This document shows, piece after piece, positions 14,701 to 26,938 of a DNA stretch of 64,000 nucleotides (its first letter is position 1; every line of letters begins with the position of its first letter). A program made the translations under genes and the position numbers. Under the pieces are notes generated by a model, which was given only the letters and a program-made list of their open reading frames with translations, had not been told where the DNA came from and did not search any database. This stretch comes from Marsupella aquatica (lineage: Eukaryota > Plantae > Marchantiophyta), in contig OZ316893.1 of the NCBI GenBank assembly GCA_973895155.1, positions 8,991,839 through 9,055,838 on the forward strand, written 5' to 3'.

Positions 14701-15093
14701 TGATCTCAATCCTACTATTGTATCTCTTGACCTTAAAGTACAAGATCACACAACTTGTAGATGGAAAATTTTAACTTCATGCTTCCGTGACATGCAGGCC
14801 CATTTCCGTATTTGAATTTGACTCAGAAAAGTCAAGTGGAAGAAGGTATCTGCCAATTTATGGCTTACTTGTGGCTTCAAACTCAAGTCCGCCTGCTTAC
14901 TTCGAAGTCATCCGTGAAAGACAAATTTGAACGTCGCTTGGGGGAGTGTTTCATGCAACAAATTGAAAGGCATGACTCTCCCGTCTATGGAGATGGATTC
15001 CGGGCTGCTCGCGCTGCAGTAGCCAAGCAAGGACTACCGATCACTCTTCATTATATCAAAACAATAGGTATTTCCAAAAACTTTCCAGCCTAG
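11771..15093 (+). CDS. DA1/DAR-family LIM-domain zinc metallopeptidase; exons 11771-11914, 12362-12445, 12701-12823, 12996-13202, 13715-13780, 13899-14035, 14637-14695, 14798-15093
   Basis: Manual GT-AG splicing keeps one frame: LIM (CAGC..WHPLCFICTGC..YHKPC), CEVC, HPYWGTKYCPAHE..PRCVSCERM, LCSQC, RGMCLSEE, AHEMMHAWL zinc-binding motif, EEGICQ, SPVYGDGFR. The acceptor at 13899 and the start codon are least certain. Confidence 0.9.
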
Positions 15094-17351
15094 CTAAGAG
15101 GTCTTTTAATTTGTAACTCTTATGAGTGCCCAACCTTCCTCGATTCGAAACAGTCGACATTAATTTCCTTGTCTGTGCGTCCGGCCCTTGCTGAATCAAG
15201 CTATCGTTTATCAACAACGGTGTCGGTATTGTGCACATGTGAAGAAGATCAATGACTCTTAGCGCATGAAACATTTCTGTGACTCACCTTAGTAACACCT
15301 TCAACTCGATCCAGCAAAAGCATGATTGATTGGATATCGGTTTCAACCCTTGCTTACGGAGCGACACTCACTTCGATCCTTCTTTTTGAGGCAGGGCATT
15401 TTGAGAAGTTAGAGCGGAGCTAAGTCACCCTTTTGATTTACAAAAGATGGATGCCGTTGCCCTGCGTCCTGAAAGAATGGCCTTAATTCGCAGAGCTGAT
15501 CAGCCCACCAGAAAAATCACGCGACAAGGGCTAACCAGGATCGATCCTGAACGTGGGTATCTCTCCTCCTTGTATCTTTCCGTTACTACTTGCTCTGCAG
15601 ATCTTGTAGATATTAATACTGAAATCCAGGAATTCTTGCATCAGGTGAAAACTTACACCCCTGTATTCACGAGTGTTTCACATGGCTGGATTACAAGTTT
15701 CTTCACTTCCGTTTTTATGAGTTGATGGTGTCCAAATGATTTAGCCACATGCAACTCTTGATATACGAGCCACCTCTGAACATCGAAAAGCAGCTGAATC
15801 TACTAACTTTGACGTTGCCAAAAAGTTCGATTTCAAAAATTGGAATCTGTTATTGTGCGACGCCACGAAACATAGATTCGTTAAGATCTTTTCTTTTAAT
15901 CAGAAGGTTTTAGTGTAGTTGCCCGTTTGGCAATCTAGCCTTTCTCTTCGTTTCCATCCCACGGTCACTCTCATCGATCAATTATCAATTAGCCCGGCTT
16001 GCTAAGGACGTTACCGAAACAGGAAATCAGCAAGTCGAGGTTAGACAGTATGTGCGGTGTAGAGCGTCGATTCTTGTATGAGCTTCAAATTTATATCATA
16101 CGATGGACTATATAATAGTTGAAGACAATAATCTTGCAGTGAACTATGTATGAGTACGTGATGGATTTGGAGACCTCGGGGAGATGCCAGATCCATGGAT
16201 AGATATAATTGCAAATCATTCTTCCCAGAATCTTATTCTTACAAGGTTCGTAGACGTGTGTGGCCTCGTGCAGGTTGGAGGTCCATCATGTCGCATTTTC
16301 AGTCGATCAACCCCATATTGGTTCTTAGCAGCCGTGGATTGATTCTTAAGTGTACGCGACCGTGAACTGTTTCCCCCCCGTGATTAACTTGCAGACTTTT
16401 ATCGACAAACAATATGCGTACGTAGGTTGAGCTGACCGAGGAGCTGACCTGTTGCCCGGAGAGCAGAACAGATGATCTACAACATCAATTGCTATGTACT
16501 CCGTTCTCGAATTGAACCGCCTATCAATCTGAACACGAACTGAAAGATATTCTGGGAAATCTTTCGTTTGACACCTGCCTTGACATGCGTCATCCGGAAC
16601 AGAAAAAAAAGTAGACACTGTTATGCACGTTATCACTGACTGCAATGAACTTGCTTAGTCTTGTTATAAGTCTTGTCGTGCGAGGTTCGTCGACTGTATG
16701 ACGCCCAAACTATACCCTTGTAAATGGAGGCCGATATACAAACGGCTGAACACTTTAACGATGTACTAGAATACTTGATTCAGTGCTAAATTATGTACGA
16801 ACAAATTTTGAGAATCCGCGCGATTTAATTGGGGTTCATTAAGATTCTAAGTGATCGAGTAAACTGGCCGAGTTCTTATATCCAATCAAAATAGTAAGAA
16901 CATATATTGCATCATTTCTACTCGCAAGGACATCAATAGTCACGTCACTTCAGATACATTCGGACTCCGCTGTGTTAGCGCAATGTTGTGGCCTGACGGC
17001 AGGGTTTGGTAGAGTCCATAGAATGTATTGCCGACGAAACAAGAGGCTGGAGGAAGCCATTTTTTTTGACACGGACTGGAACGGAAGTTGAATGTGATCG
17101 TCCTTGGCCACCCGAGATGTCCAGATGGATCTCGAAATCTCGTCAATCAGCTGTCGAAGGCATGCTTTAGCCACTTTGAAGGCGAAATACCGAATTTGAG
17201 TAGATATTTCTCCTTGAAAGTGGCTGAAGATTCATGGATTGCGTGAAACTCAGTGGGCGTCTAGCCTACCTAATCGCTCAGGGAGGTTGAAGCTTTCATC
17301 ATTAAGTTTGTAGCACGCAATGTGGGTCTAATTTGACCAAGCATCGTGTAG

Positions 17352-18493
17352 AATTTGAGGAAACAACGGTATTACAAGCATGTGCAGAAACAGGTATGTG
17401 AATCATTCTTCGCATAGAATTGCGTATTCAAGGCGCGTTGTAAATAGAATATTAAGAGTACGTAATTAGTATTTCGACGATTTCACATTCAAGATTCTTT
17501 CATCACTATGTGGGATTTGCAATTCGGCGTGTCATAGCTATCAATCAGTTATTCTGCCATGGCCAAGATCTAGGTTCGGAAGGCACAGCCACAAATTGGT
17601 TATATTGTTCATAGAATAGTGGAGGTATCTGAGTAGGCCAGGGTTGTAAATATCTGATCAGGGCTACTGTAGTACGTCGGTGGTATACTTCTCATCAGGG
17701 TGAAACGGCTAGCTCGTCGAGATCACGCAATTCTACATTACCAATTTCGATGTTGCATGTACCGCTACAGCTGGGTTCCTTAGGAACTAACGTTTTGCCT
17801 GCTGGTTTCTACCTTTAGAATCGATTGAATTTACCTCGTGAGGACAAATGGTGGCTGGACCCGTTGCGAAACTTCGAGAAAGTTCAGGGATATGTAATTA
17901 GACGCTCTGATTTTCATTATCCTGACAATGTATCGCTTACAAGTTGCAGTACTTGCATCAGCTGCCACTTCGTTGCGAATGGACAGGCACGGACATGTTG
18001 CAACTTAGGATGTGGAAAGAAGGGCCTTACAGATTCCCAAGATAGGGACGCTCTCTTTGCTTCCAATCCCGAATCCATGCGCAATGAGCTCAAGAAAGTC
18101 CTCGAGAAAGAGAGGGAAAAGCTCCGGAAGAAATCAGCAGCTTTGGATGCTGCTGAAGCTTCTCATGACCAGGTATCAGAGGCCATAAGTAAGATTCTTC
18201 TGGATGAGGAAAGCATGGCCGCCATGCTGGCCTATGGCAAAAACAGAGACCCCAAAAATCAAAAGGGGAAGGAGGTCTCCGAAAGGTTCAAGGAGTTGCA
18301 AGAACAAATGACTCCTGCACTCAGAGAAAAAGTAAGGAAATTCGCGCTGGAGAGGATCAAGATTCAATTCAAGAAAGACGCCAAGGCTGCTGACAAATAC
18401 ATGAAGGTCACCCTCGACAAATTGTTCCCCGACCTTCTTCCAAAATTCTTTCAGACTCATGATTATAACAAGGGCAAGGGGCCAGAGAAGTAG
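17352..18493 (+). CDS. 3' part of a gene of unknown function (candidate exon 17352-17393, terminal exon 17819-18493); Cys cluster followed by a charged helical region
   Basis: Open frame of about 224 codons begins right after TTTAG (17818); an in-phase 42-nt exon is bounded by TAG and GTATG; contains CSTCISCHF..TCCNLGC followed by a K/E-rich helical stretch. Confidence 0.55.
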
Positions 18494-19238
18494 GCAGTCA
18501 GGCAAATTATTCCCCTTCGCTCTTAAGTCCTCTTCCGTGGACCAACTGTGTCTACAGTCTCTAATAGTGATAACAGACACTTTCAAGGATGACCTTTGAG
18601 AATTTTGAGCTGGGTCGTGTCAGCCTGGGCCTCTATGGTCCGCCCCCGATGTTGTTACCGGCTTGTAAACTATTGATGGTTTGCTGATTGTTGACCTTCA
18701 ATCTGAAGACTAAGGATCGATGTCGATTCGTTTGATTTAAAGACGCTGACAGAAAGGCAGATCGAATCAAGTCAACTACGGGACATACTATACTATCGTT
18801 ACGAAACTTGGATCGATTGCGAAATGGTTCGACAGTACCGTCAACGTTAGGCAAATTAACATCGATTCGACTTCCGAACTCTGCACGCCAGTCATCTGAT
18901 GCTTACGTAACCATTTGTCGATTCAGTTCAGCACAATCCGCAATGAAAAAACGAAAACGTATATATGAGAAGAACAATGAACTCGTAACACTTGAAGACA
19001 ACAGAGAAGGAGAAAACCAAGGCAGCTTGATTCGATGCATTTGTTAAACTCATAAGTGATGTGAACAGCGACGTGCTTTCAGTCTTACAGACATGACGAA
19101 CCCCACCCTCGTCGACCAAGACTTCCTCAATTCCCAGACGATAGATGAAATTCGCCTAATTTCAGTCCTTTCTATTCGTCTATCCGTCTGCGTGAAGACA
19201 TAGAAACACAGACGTTGGTACACAAATCTCGTTTCTCA

Positions 19239-20168
19239 ATGATGTCCTTGTTCGGAAATCTAGTGAGCATGCTACGCAATGACGACGATCCAGGTGCGCA
19301 AGAAGATGCCATGGTGTATGTGGTCGAGCTGGCTACGAAGCATACAGTAGACAGGTGGGAGATACCGGAATTCTCCGATGCCCTAGCAGGGATTGTAAGA
19401 CTGTTGCTGAAAGACGAGTCTCCTGCCTTGCAAGCCTTCGCAGCTTGGGCTTTAGCCAATCTGTCATGTGCTCATGCACCTGATAATAAGGAGAGGATCG
19501 CACTGTATCCCCAGGTGCTCTCCGGTCTCGTGAGACTGCTCACTGGAGCTCACACGGGGTCCACTGTGCAGGAGGAGGCAGTCAGGGCGTTGAGAAACCT
19601 AGCTTGTGCACAGGGAAACAGTCACACCATTTCGCTCTTTCCCAATGCTGTTCCGGCGCTATTGAATTTGCTGCTGGACGACTCGCATCCTGGTCCGCAG
19701 GTCCAGGCCACGATGGCAATGTTGAACTTGATAGGAAACGCCATGGCGAGTCTAGAAGGGATTGACGATGCAGCGATGGCTAATCATGAGCGGGATGCCA
19801 CCGAGTTTCCGGGCGTGCTAAAGTGTTTGGTGAGATTGTGGTTTTCAGACGCTAGCTCAGCATTGCAGGCGCAAGCAACGAGAGCAATCGTTGAGTTGGT
19901 GGAACGGACTCTAGTGAATCCCGATGTCACGGCGAAAGAGGGGAACATGCAGAGGATTGCAGACTTTCCGGATGCTTTGCTTCGCGTGCTGGCCCCGTTC
20001 ATGACTGAGGATGGGTATGGCCATTCTCAACAGAACATACAACCTTGGGACAGACAAATTAACAAGGAAACCATCAATGAATCTCCACACTGTTTTGCAT
20101 TTGAAGTGTTATCTAATCTCTTCTCAGAAAACCTTTCCTTGACCGTGCCCATATTTTTTCTTTGTTAA
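19239..20168 (+). CDS. Armadillo (ARM) repeat protein; may splice near 20015 to a downstream exon
   Basis: Repeated ARM consensus: LAGIVRLL..LQAFAAWALANLS, LSGLVRLL..VQEEAVRALRNLA, VPALLNLL..QVQATMAMLNL, LKCLVRL..LQAQATRAIVEL. Confidence 0.8.
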   Translation: MMSLFGNLVSMLRNDDDPGAQEDAMVYVVELATKHTVDRWEIPEFSDALAGIVRLLLKDESPALQAFAAWALANLSCAHAPDNKERIALYPQVLSGLVRLLTGAHTGSTVQEEAVRALRNLACAQGNSHTISLFPNAVPALLNLLLDDSHPGPQVQATMAMLNLIGNAMASLEGIDDAAMANHERDATEFPGVLKCLVRLWFSDASSALQAQATRAIVELVERTLVNPDVTAKEGNMQRIADFPDALLRVLAPFMTEDGYGHSQQNIQPWDRQINKETINESPHCFAFEVLSNLFSENLSLTVPIFFLC

Positions 20169-21475
20169 GTGGACATTAATTCTGTCATCATCTAATAGAA
20201 TTCGAGATCTAAGTATAAATCGAAGGTTTTCCTCAACTTTGCTCTCTGGCATATTTCTACGAATCGGCCGTGCTTTTCCAGGAGAAGATTGAATTTTCAG
20301 TGAATGCCTTCAGGGATGAGAAGCAGAGCAACGAAGGGCAGAGGACATTAATGGAGTGGAGCTCGTGAATGCGATCAAAGGGTCAGCGCATTTCACGCTC
20401 TATCGAACTTCCACGTTTCTTTTTAAGAGCTATGGTCAAAGATGTAACTCCTTTCTCTCAAGCCGTATCCAATCGGATTTCTGCCAAACTTGCACATGAA
20501 TTGTTTGGATAGTCGGCAGTAGCACTGTTTCTCGCTTTCTCGTGTCAAATTCTTAGTAACATTCGCAAGCCATGAGAAGTTTTCGGTCCTACCAGTCTGA
20601 CGACTCCTCGTCATCAGTCTGAGCCAGGACATGGAATCTCTAGAAGTGGAAACGACTAGCAGGGAGGTCTGACATTCATTAACTTCGATTCTTCTTCTCT
20701 GTAAATCCAAGACTACAATTAGCTTCAGAGGGTAAACTAAGGTGATCAAACCTTGTGCCTGGTGAGCAATCTGCCTTTACCCTCTGAGGTATGATGTATG
20801 AATCTCTCCGCATTGGCTCGTTGTTCACACTCCATGTGATAGTTACCAACGACCAACATTTCTCTAAATGTTTTTGATCGAGACGCTCACTCGGCACTTG
20901 ATGAGAACCCACATTCCTTCGAAATCCACATTGCAGCGGCAAAATCACCGGACTAGAAGACTGATCTGGCAAATCTCTCCGTTCAGGAAATGAAGGAAGA
21001 GCTCTCTAAACTTACTGAAAGTGGCAATCATAATCGCCATGAGATAACAGCGGAAGAATCTCTAGGAGAGACTGATTGAAAATATGTCTTCCTATAATCG
21101 AGCACCACTTGTGTAGAGATGCCTTTCTCAACCAATCTCCATCACAACGACAGAAACAATCACGACATTACAAAAAACCTAATGGGACCATGAGAGCTGG
21201 AATTGCCAACGGAGAGTGGTCTGAAGGTGGTATCCATTTGAAACCTACACACATGACTACAATTTTTAGTGCAATTTTTAGTGCTCCAAATGCTGGGTAT
21301 TTTGTATTTCTACTAGTACCAACAGAGTGGTGTAATTCTTACTCTTGGGGGACTTACATATATCCAGATTGGATTTCAGGTGACTCTGTGTCTGTCTTAT
21401 GATAACGCATCCTAGCAAGTGTGCAAGAAACTGGTTACGCTGTTCCTCTCTTTCCAAATAGTAGGGGCACAGATT

Positions 21476-22081
21476 AGCGATGAGGACCAGGGGAACCTAG
21501 TTAAGGGCAGTCTTGCATGTGCAAGGTCCTTTGATTTTCGGCCCTCAAATGAACCTGTGGCATCTCTAAAGGAAACAACAAGCCGGCAGTCCTGATGGCG
21601 TCTTTGCAGGATATGCAAGGGCAAGGGCCGGAAATTTTCCGGCCCTTGAGGTCCCGAACTTTGAAATTTGAATAAAACAAAATGACAGTAGACCCAAGTG
21701 AATAAGCACTTCACACGTAAGTTGTTCTTGATTGTGTTTAGATCCTGGGTCCAGGCACACTTTTTCCCGACATATGTGGGCTGCTAAGGGTCGCATTTTT
21801 CAGGACTCTTGCACATGCAAGACAACCCTAAGGGTCGTTACTAATAGGTCTTCCCTATGAGACCTATTCGTAAAGTCAAGCCGTCGGTATGTGTTTGAAC
21901 TTTTGAACGGCTTAAAAATCATATTGAGGCCAATTGATTCCTACTGCTTCTTGATTGTGAAGACAGGACACTTGTATCACTCGTGTGTGGTTAGTACTTT
22001 ACTAAGAAGATCACAAACTAGCTAGCCAAAAAAAAAGAAACACTTAGTTAAAAGTGTTTACTGTATTCCAATCAATCTCAT
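21476..22081. repeat. Dispersed direct repeat, copy 1 (interrupted by a MITE)
   Basis: Collinear with 31301-31566 from AGCGATGAGGACCAGGGGAACCTAG to CCAATCAATCTCAT once 21505-21831 is removed. Confidence 0.9.
21505..21828. mobile_element. Tourist/PIF-Harbinger-like MITE, 324 bp
   Basis: TIRs GGGCAGTCTTGCATGTGCAAGGTCCT and AGGACTCTTGCACATGCAAGACAACCC; TAA at 21502-21504 and 21829-21831; empty site CCTAGTTAAGGGTCG at 31321. Confidence 0.92.
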
Positions 22082-22196
22082 GCAAGTTGGAATGCAAGTT
22101 CCAACAAATTTATCAAGTTTTTGAGAGAAAGATTCAAATCTCCTTATAAGAATGTGAGACTCGATAGGAGTTTGATATTTTCTCTAAGACAGATGT

Positions 22197-22650
22197 TGTT
22201 AGAATAAAACCTGGCCACCTTGCTCCTCCTTATATAGGGAATGCTCTAACCATGCTTACTTTTTCCTGCTAACCATGGTTAACTTTGCACTAACCTGGGT
22301 TAGTGTGTTAAGATTTACTCTTAGGTCTAGAGTAACGACTGTACCGTAGTTAAGGCTAACCTTAGTCGCAGACTTGGTTAGGTTAGTCATGTTGTGCACA
22401 CTCTATAACCAAGCGGTGTTTGCTTGGAGAGTGGGAACTTAGGCTCATTATTACGGAGCTAGTTGAGAGATAGGGAGAGCTTGCGCTGTGGATGCTTGGT
22501 ATGGCCGGTCGGCCTTGAGTGCAGTAAAGCTCATGTGTGTTCTCGTGGACGTAGCCTCATGTGGAGGTGAACCACGTATCTTTCTGTGTCGACTCTTGTG
22601 CGTTGGATGGTTCATGGGCTTGCCATTGCGATTGTCGTCTATGCTCAACA
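22197..22650 (+). mobile_element. Solo LTR related to the Copia element at 33652-40331
   Basis: TGTTAGA...CTCAACA termini; 22434-22650 is a close reverse complement of the first ~220 bp of 33652-33995; no internal coding sequence and no matching 5-bp TSD. Confidence 0.8.
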
Positions 22651-23084
22651 TAGTGGATGGTCGACCCTCAATTACATGGTTGGGATCAAGTTACTTGACT
22701 ATGGGTGACTTTTGAAAGTTATGAATGTAAAGCCCAATGCACATATCTTTGCCTGCATTCCCACGATGACACAATGTCCAGAACTGATTTTTTTGATTTA
22801 GCACCCATTTTATCGGAGTTTGCATTGCCTTAGAAAAAAACCAGAAGGATCGGGCTGAACGAGAAGTGTCACTTCCATCGGTCTGAAATCTTATTTTAAC
22901 TTTCATGGGAGATTGTGACTCACAATTCCTAGAGCTTAATTAGTAGTTTGGGTTCATCATAAGCAGTGGTACCCCGGTGGTACCACTGAAATTAAACTGT
23001 TACAGGACTTGTTCCCTTTCTCGAGGATGAAATTTATTTGTACTTCTGATTGCATTGGTCATTGTTTTGTTAATTCTTGCGCAG

Positions 23085-23186
23085 GTAAGGTTGTTGCATA
23101 TGGGACTCCTTCGTCACTGTTTGACAGACCAAAGTCTCTTAAGTTTCTCTTCCCTTGTTAATGAATATTTTTCAAGAGCAGGGTAA
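23085..23186 (+). pseudogene. Orphan last exon of an ABCC/MRP-type ABC transporter, frameshifted
   Basis: After TTCTTGCGCAG it reads GKVVAYGTPSSLFDRPKSL / FSSLVNEYFSRAG*, resembling the plant ABCC C-terminus (G.V.EYD.P..L......F..LV.EY..R); frameshift near 23141. Confidence 0.55.
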
Positions 23187-24507
23187 AGGTGTGAAACTCT
23201 ATCCAGGCATTTATGGTATAGGAAAGTCATTATTACAAAACCCAGGATGGGTAGATTGATTGATCCAAATGGTCGTCTGGAAGGTCATCAATTACATTGA
23301 GAAGAATAGTCTGGATTTTCACTAGCAGTATCTGAAGGGCTGTTATAGAAGTTTTAAAAAATGCCAGAGTCTTGTAGTAAAGAGTGTAGTGATGGGGTAG
23401 TCACTTGAATATTTTCATTTATCCCAACTTTGGACAATATGATATTCTTTAAAATTCAACATGGAAGGAAAAGAGGCAGGAACATTATTAGATTCATCTT
23501 CTTTGAGTGCTTGCAATACCATTTAAGCATTTGTTGTTCTTCAATTGTGCAAAACGTTTTGATAATTATGATGTTTACTAATTATTTGCCACTTCTGGAA
23601 TAATTTCATAATCAGGGGATAGTTTAAATAATCTGTTTTGTTGAGTTTCTTGTGCTAGTGAGCTGGATATATTGATCAAGAAAGAACCATAGAAATGGGT
23701 TAGTTGTCTTGAGCAATTACGTACAATGGACCTGTCATTGAGAACAGCAATTCAGCTCACAGATCTTTATTTCCCAATGGTGTTTGCTCTTGTGCCAAAT
23801 GTTACCAGCTGAAGGCACAATTCAGTGTTCACGAGATCTTTGTTTCTAATTGTTATGAATTGTCAGATTTCAATTTGTAGACCCCCAATTATTATTTGTT
23901 GAGCATGTCCAGCTTATATCTGCTTGGTATTCTGATAAAATGGCTTTTGTTTATAGTATCCTACTTATAAAGCGTCAACTACAAGCTAGAGTTGGGACCA
24001 AGGTTTCTAGAGTGTAGAGCTTCTCTAGGCCGTAACTCTATGGCTCATCATCATACATGATAGGAAAACTCATGACTATGATCATGTATGTCAAATGATA
24101 ATCATGCATGCTTTTTGTCATGATTTCTATTTGCATTAAAAAATGAGTTCTATACCCTCACCATAAAATAATTATGTGCATAGGAAAGAGTATTGTATGT
24201 TATATATGATTATTAATATGATGACATGCATGATGGTTTTTTTTAACATTCAAAGAATGTGAGTAAGGTGTTAGTGATATTTTTAGTGTTCTTCCATTCA
24301 CATTCAAAGAATGGGTAGTCGGGGCTAGTGAGAAACAGAAACAGATCACACATAGTGTAGGATCGATGTCCACATGGCTAGCTACTAATCTAGATGTACC
24401 AGAAAGGTTCGGCCTGGATGAAAAATGGGAGAGAAATATACACCTTAGAATTCATCAGCTGCTGCTGTACGCAGTGGTGTACTCTAATCCAAATATCGGC
24501 TCCACCA

Positions 24508-24630
24508 ATGGTCATACAAATTTCATATGAAGCAAGACTGTTTGATGGAACTCAAGTTGCTATGAGGGTTGCAAGTGCTTTCTCAGGGTCATCTGACATG
24601 GTATTCTATCCTGCACTGGACCAGCTTTAA
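24508..24630 (+). pseudogene. FKBP-type PPIase gene fragment
   Basis: IQISYEARLFDGTQVA....F....MVFYPAL resembles V.YEARLEDGT.VA....F...DG.FCPAL of plant multi-domain FKBPs; ends at a stop. Confidence 0.45.
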
Positions 24631-24709
24631 GAGTGGAAGTGCAAAGTTGGATCCCATAGAGACTTAGCCAGGTTGTCGTTTGACCGGTCTAGACTTTTTG
24701 AGACTTATT

Positions 24710-25045
24710 GAGGAACTTCTACTACTGTTTGCAGAGACTACTGACTTAGAGTTGAACAATTGTGGAGTTAGTCTTCAAAAGAGTGGGTCAGAAACCTTTT
24801 GAATTGGAAACTTGGGTGAGGAACCCTGTGAGGAACTTCTACTATTGTTAGCAGAGAGTGGACTTAGATACTTAGATTTCAGCAATTCTCGTTCCAGTCC
24901 AATTATAGTTAGTAGTCAAAACAGTGATCAGAAACCTTTTGTATAGTGGGGTGAAGAACTTCTATTGCTGTTTGCAAAGACTATGGACTGATATTTGCAC
25001 AATTCTCATGTTATAATGATAGTTAGTCGTTAAAACACTGATCAG
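24710..25045. repeat. Tandem repeat, about 120 bp, 3 diverged copies
   Basis: GARGAACTTCTAYT..TGTT.GCARAGA near 24710, 24830 and 24953, each followed by AGTTAGT..TC/TTAAAA. Confidence 0.8.
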
Positions 25046-25194
25046 TACTGAGTAGACAGTCTTGAGTATTCCCTTTGACATCACTCCATACCATGATAAC
25101 TCTCTTTAGTTTTTTTTTAAATCAATGAGTGCACACCATATATTACCAAGTGCACATCAAAATATACATAAACAAATTTAAAATAAAATAAAAT

Positions 25195-25218
25195 TATATA
25201 TATATATATATATATATA
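25195..25218. repeat. (TA)12 microsatellite
   Basis: Read directly from the sequence. Confidence 0.95.
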
Positions 25219-26938
25219 GTGGTGTACCACATCACTCCATACCATGTGCACACCTTATACTATCACATTTTGATGTAACATATACGATGGCGTACTACAT
25301 CAATCCATACCATGTGCACATAGTATCTTATCAGGATTTGATGTGTGATTAGGGACCACATTTTGATGTGTGATTAGGCAGAAAAGGACAAGCAAGAGTC
25401 AAACCTGTTCACGTGCTCGTGCATGTTGACCCGCTCAGGAAGGTTCAACCTGCTAAAATGTTTTTATGCTCTACTCAGACTGAACTCCTCACGCGGAGAA
25501 CGGGTTTCTGATCTAATCCGAAACAGAGGGAGTGCTGATCTTGTACAATAAATTGATGTAAAATATTCTCGAAAGCTAGAACACAAAAGTATAAAACTGA
25601 TGGTGCTTGTGTACTTCTTCAACATTGACTTGCTTACCGACCTTCCAGCCTTTGCCTCGAAACTACTCTGGCTCTGAAAGTTTTTCCCTCGAATATTGCT
25701 TGGATTGTTGGCAACGTTGGACACCACGGACGACGTACCTTAGATCTGAGCCATTTCACACGGAAAAACTATTTCGGAAACTTTTTTCATTGTGCCTTCT
25801 CCTTCGCGAATCATCATTTTGTGAATGATGATTTGGCGATGTTGCACGCATTCGCTTGTCATGGTGCGGTTGGGGACACCAGAAAAGAGTCCATTTAGCC
25901 GAATTATAAAGTTCATCAGGCGTCAAATTTGCGGAGCTCGGCTCTTTGCTTTCGTCTATTCCCGAGCCAAATTGAAGACTGGAAGAGGACAGATTTTGTA
26001 CCTCATCACTTATCGAAAACTTTTCGTCTCTGTGCTTTGGTCTACTCCCAACTTCCTAAGCAAATTGCAAACCCCAGGAAAGAGAACGTTAAAGAGGAAA
26101 AAAATTAAGCGGTCTGCAGGACTCGCCGGCACATTGGTAGAGCTGTATAGACCTGTATCTCAACTGTAGAATGAGAGCATGTTCAACAGTACGTATAACC
26201 ATACATTGCTGATTTTCCAATATGGTCCGGTTCGTAGTGGTTCTCAAGTATGTGACGACGTGGAGCATGCATCGGAATAATTAGGATGGGCTCCAATCCT
26301 CCATTCGCTTTGTGATTGGAGAGGACCACCACTTCCCGAATCAGCCGTCGGTTTCACCAAAGAGACATCGTCCCGTTCTTATCATTTCAGCATAGTACTC
26401 CGGCTGGCATCGATCCTCGATCCTCGATCCTCGATCCTTGAGGTTCCCTAGAGAGATTTCAGTTACCGGAGGACGGAGGTTTCCTGAGAGGAGGGTCAGA
26501 CTAACTCCATTTCTTTTGTAGGGCGCTGCTTCTCAGCGTTCTACAAAAGACTTTCTGCAAACGTTTTGATCACATGTCTTCTGGGCCCAAATTATGCCAA
26601 GCGAGTGGTGACTTCGAGCTGTGGGGCGGCTTGGAAATCACCCGTCTGGGTCAACAATAATAGTTCTAGCTGACTTTGAGAGAACAGCATATTGCGACTT
26701 GGTGGAACGTTGCCTTTGAGCGACTGCTTTGAACGGCGTCCAGACGGTGAGATTCACTGACGTGCAGTCGTGGGAATGTTGTGATGCTTCTTATTTTGCT
26801 GCAGCGTTTGGAAGATGATAACTGCTCTTGTTTGCCCTCGGACATTGCTCGCACGTCTTTGAAGCGGGACCTTGGGTGCTATCCTGTTATCTGAAGGTAG
26901 ACATGTGACGCTCTCCCGTTTCCCCATAATCGTCAACT

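Noticed and set aside
22964-22988. Hairpin CAGTGGTACC-ccggt-GGTACCACTG
   Set aside because: Too short and no TSD; may be a transposon scar but not supportable.
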